Source: Lingula anatina
Lineage: Eukaryota > Animalia > Brachiopoda
NCBI GenBank assembly: GCA_051362555.1
Contig: CM120640.1
Location: 43,936,788-44,000,787, forward strand
DNA: 64,000 bases
Direction: 5' to 3'
Part shown: in pieces, positions 59,858 through 64,000 of the stretch
How positions within the stretch are numbered: position 1 is the stretch's first letter
How the letters are laid out: each line of letters opens with the position of its first letter
Program-made: the position numbers and the translations under genes
The notes under the pieces: generated by a model
The model's database searches: none
The model's input: only the letters and a program-made list of their open reading frames with translations
What the model was told of the DNA's origin: nothing

Positions 59858-60786
59858 GTAAGTAAAGCTTTAGGCTACTAATAGAACTGACCGATTGAGC
59901 AATGCTATGTAATATAGACGACCTGAATACCTAACAGCGCTACATTATAATAGACAGTTTGGAAGGAATATATCTTTTGAGAACTACATAATTTCGACAG
60001 GGGTAATCCTAGAAATTCGAGAAACGTTCTTCCATTTTGTTAAAGATTTAGGTCATCATATTTGCTATTTCAAGGTCAGCACAGTTGGGACTAAAAGTTG
60101 AATTTTACATGGGTATGGGAATTCATATGGGCATTGGATATGGGATTTTAACATTTTTACACTTGCACCTAAGAATCTTCTTTCACTAATATATAGAAAT
60201 ATTAAAAATGCTTATTTACGGTCTGAAAATATTCTGATTCCTTTCTAACCTAAGCGTGTGTTTGCGTTGTGAATTACCAGTGTGTGTTCGATCACTTTGC
60301 TACAAAGTATTCTTGCAAATATTTACAATATGGAACAATGTGATTTTGTGGCGCATGGCTTGTATTGGCTCATCTACAGTGTAATTTATTAAGGAATATC
60401 AAAATTTTACAAGCACTTCTCTCAAGTCGATCCAGGAAGTAATTATCTTGAGAGTAGCCTGCAAACTTCACATAGCGTTTAATAAGAAACTTGAGATCTT
60501 GATATTCATAATTTTCTATGTCAGTTTAGTTGTACGTTTGAAGACCCAACGACAAAAGGGTGTTTTGGGAGAGCTCTCTTCTTGTTACCAATGGTTCACC
60601 TGTGAAACTGGTGATCATACCTACTTGTGTAAGCCTGTTCATAACATATATTCAATAAAAATTCTCAATGAAGACCTGGTAGAAATTTTCTACTTTTTTT
60701 AATGACTTCAAATTTACATTTGGTTTAACAGTTACACCTTTATTATCATGATGTCTATATTGTGACCAAATATTCAGTTACAGGTT

Positions 60787-63700
60787 ATGTACCGGAAGAG
60801 TCTAGAAAAAAAGATGTCAGAAGAACAATTCATCACTCGTGTTAGCTCTCTCCCCGTGGTGTCCAGTGCTTGGGGCCAGGTGTCTGATTATTATCTTCGC
60901 ACCAAGGAGAAGAGCCCTAGCCTTGTCCAGTATACTCTGAACATGGCAGAGAGCAGTGTGAAGACTGCCTACACAACAGCCCAACCTGTCATTAGCAAGC
61001 TGGATGGGCCAAGTAAGGAAATACAATAATATATGTTATGATAAAATGCTTTACCTTCCTTGTTGCACATATATAACGTGAACATGTGTCTCTCTGCAAT
61101 TTTCTTTATCTTAATGTTTCTTGATTGGAATTTTAAACTTTGCTTGAACTTTTTAGGGAGTTCTGAATGCTTTTGTAGATAAAGTGTTTATTATTTTGTG
61201 TTGTTGAACTGATTTTAGTTCAGAAGGTGAATGCCATTGCCTGCCAGCAGCTGGATAAACTGGAAGAAAAGTACCCCATTATTACCAAGGATACTGGAAC
61301 GGTAGGTTCAGCCGTTGTTTTGGTGTCTTAAAACTAGGTGAAGTTATCAACTCAATTAATATGTAGATGATCACTTCTTTCAAAAAGGAAAAATGCCAGT
61401 TATACATATATTTACACTTCACTTATAAGATTTAAAATTACCAGTAAACTTAAAATGAAAAGTATTTCTTTAGAACTGCAAACATTTAATTACATGAAAA
61501 TTTTACAGGTAATAGAAAAAAGTAAGGGAGCATATAACAATGCCCTGCAGCCAACTGTGGACAAAGTAAATGCTGTGAAACAGTATGGTGTGGACACCTA
61601 CAATGGAGTCAAGGATTATGGGGTTGAAAAGGTATAAACTCTTTCTAATGGTGATAAATATATGAGGGGTTATTGCATGTTCAAACTATCCGATTCCTAC
61701 TAGTGTGGGTGACATGAAAACATTATATATAATACTGGGATGTATGTGGGTGCTTTCAATGGCAGTTGGCACGTTTCCAGTGGATGTTGTACTCTCACGT
61801 GATACAAAATGGATTTGAGATTTGTCCCTGACCTTTCATTGGAGTCTAGACAAATGAAACGTGAAGTTTTTAGTAGCAGATAAGATTACCTTATTTTGAT
61901 GGAAACCTAAATTTTCAGATATCTGATTTGTGTCCAAGTACCTTCAGTGCAGTTAAATTTTGTCTGGTTTAAAACAGATGCAAATCAAATTTTGCATAGC
62001 AGAACAATTTAAGAAAGTAAATGTAAACTATTGTAAGCTGTCTGATAAACTTTTGTCTGATATTCTTGTTTATGGATTGAACGACATCTTGACAAATTGG
62101 ACAGCATGGAAGAGGAGCTTCAAAATTTAAAAGAATGCGGTTAAGTTAAAATGTTGTTGTAAATCACTGTAATGTATCTTTTTGATATTCTAGGTGACCA
62201 GTGTGAAGAACTTTGCCACTGGCACAGTGACTGCTGTGAAGGACTACAGTAGTAGCTCTGTGAACAGTCTTCTGCAATCCAGTTATGGACAGGTAGTGGT
62301 TGGGGCTGCAGAGGGCATCCTTGCCTCTTCAGAGGGATATGTAGAGAAGTACCTGCCACCTGCCCCTGAAGAAGGTATTTTCCCACAAATTTATTATGAC
62401 AAGCTCCATGAAATGACAAAATTAATGCAACATGGTATTGTAATTAAAGGTTTGTTTCAAAGAACACATCAATAACATTTTTGTTTATTTCGAAGAGTGA
62501 TTAAAATGGATTGCTTGTTAAAAAGTGTATCTATTATGCTAACGGTCCATGTGGGGAATGTTTTCTTTATCAGTGCAGAAAAGACTTAAGATTGTTTGAG
62601 ATGTTATAGATGTACTCTATATTTCTTTCTTCAGAAGAAAAGAAGGAAGGGGATGAAGGTGAGAAAGGAGATGAGCAAGATCCACAGGTGCAGACTTCTT
62701 TAGCCAGAGTGACATCTCTGAGCTCCAAGGTGCGGCGCAGGATGTATGCACGTGCCATGAAGGAGATGCAGCACTTGCAGGCCCGCAGCAAGGAGACTGT
62801 TGCAAATCTTGCCCATACTGTTAATTTGGTATGTTATGCATCCCAATGGTGAAATTTTAAAATCAGTGCTGTTTATCTTTGTTCTTTGATAATAAAAAAA
62901 CAGTTTAGACTAAACAGTTCAGCAAATTGAAAAATATGACTGTTGAGCTTTGCCCCTTGGCAATTAAAGGATTGAAAACTTTCTAGGGTGATGTGTAAAG
63001 GAGTGCAATATTTTGTATAGGGTAATGTATGAAGAAGTGCAATTTCTTGCACCTAGATGCAAAAAGAAAAATGTTTTACATACTTTCCTTAAAGTCGGGT
63101 GAAATGAATACGAGTCGTTAATTTTCTCTAGATCCAGTATGCCAGGGACAACTTTGAGCTTGCAGCGGAAAAAGTGCACGCTGCTAAGGAGAAGGCATGG
63201 AGTGTGTGGGAGGAAGTTAACAAGGAGGAAGATGAAGAGGAAGTTGAAGGGGAGGAAGGAGAGGAAGGAAAGGAACTCCAGCCACAGGTACTATGAAACT
63301 GATTAGGAGTTTAAAAGATTATTAGTAAACTCTATGCTGAACCCTACATTTGTGTTATTTTAGTAACTGATTGTAGGTGGTTTGATAATAAAGAACTCTC
63401 TTCCTGAATGAGAATCAAACACTACAGAGTGATAGAATTGTCAGTTTTTCTTCAGTTACACAATTATTTTAGTAAATTGTTTGCCATTCCAGAAATACGG
63501 CTGATAGATTCAATTTTTTTGTTCCAGACACTTGAGCGTCGTTCAATTCTTGTTGCTCGCCGCCTCACTCTTCAATTGAAACATGCTCTGGCCATTGTGC
63601 CATCTGGAGATCAGCTGCTTCCTGTATACCTGAGAGAGAGAATGGACAAGGCTAAAACCTACGTAGAAGAAATGTATGGGCATTTTGCAGAGGTAATATC

Positions 63701-64000
63701 CTGTGTTAGGAGGATTAGCTGATGTTATTGGCAGATATTAGTTGACTCAAAGAAAAACTGCTGAAATTGTTTCACATTATATATGAATGCAAAATGGAAA
63801 AAAAATGCAATTATAACTTGCATTTACCAAAAAGCCCAAGAATGTCATTTTGTCAAAGTTGGTCTTAAAATCCCATTTCCCCATCTGTTGAATTGCAGGC
63901 TAAACATTTTGAGGATCTTCCCAGTTGGATGATGGACCAGGCCAAGGAGAAGTTGACTTATGTGGAGGAATCTGTTGGGAACATGACAGAATATGTTCTC
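60787..64000 (+). CDS. Perilipin-family (PAT domain) lipid droplet protein, 3' end beyond window
   Basis: Exons 60787 (or in-frame ATG 60814)-61012, 61219-61301, 61509-61631, 62194-62374, 62635-62828, 63132-63287, 63528-63692, 63899-end; all GT-AG, phases consistent. PAT motifs RVSSLPVVSSA..Y..TKEKSP, AESSVK, NAIACQQLDKLEEKYP, 11-mer repeats, VEKYLP, RV.SLS.K.RRR.Y.RA. Confidence 0.95.

Overview
AT-rich, intron-containing genomic DNA from an animal, probably a marine invertebrate (inference; not prokaryotic). Three protein genes can be reconstructed exon by exon with consistent splice phases: a two-coding-exon rhodopsin-type neuropeptide GPCR of the vasopressin/CCAP/GnRH receptor group (minus, 34031-36337), ribosomal protein RPL4/uL4 (plus, 53600-58058, 8 exons, TCT/TOP promoter), and a perilipin-family lipid-droplet gene (plus, from 60787, running off the window). 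RPL4 introns 2, 3 and 5 each host a U18/SNORD18-type box C/D snoRNA, and intron 2 also holds a 1.36-kb non-autonomous DNA transposon. The apparently empty first ~32 kb contains many stop- and frameshift-ridden exon remnants that by eye repeatedly match successive motifs of the phospholipid-scramblase (tubby-C-like) domain. Their strand pattern is minus/plus/minus, suggesting a decayed multi-domain scramblase-like gene or gene cluster, possibly broken by an inversion. This is the most novel but least certain signal. The window also has several PIF/Harbinger-like MITEs (one family with an internally flipped copy), a Tc1 transposase relic split by a MITE, a 52-bp minimal element with an 8-bp TSD, a near-perfect 32-bp hairpin and microsatellites. 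All similarities were judged by eye; no searches were run.
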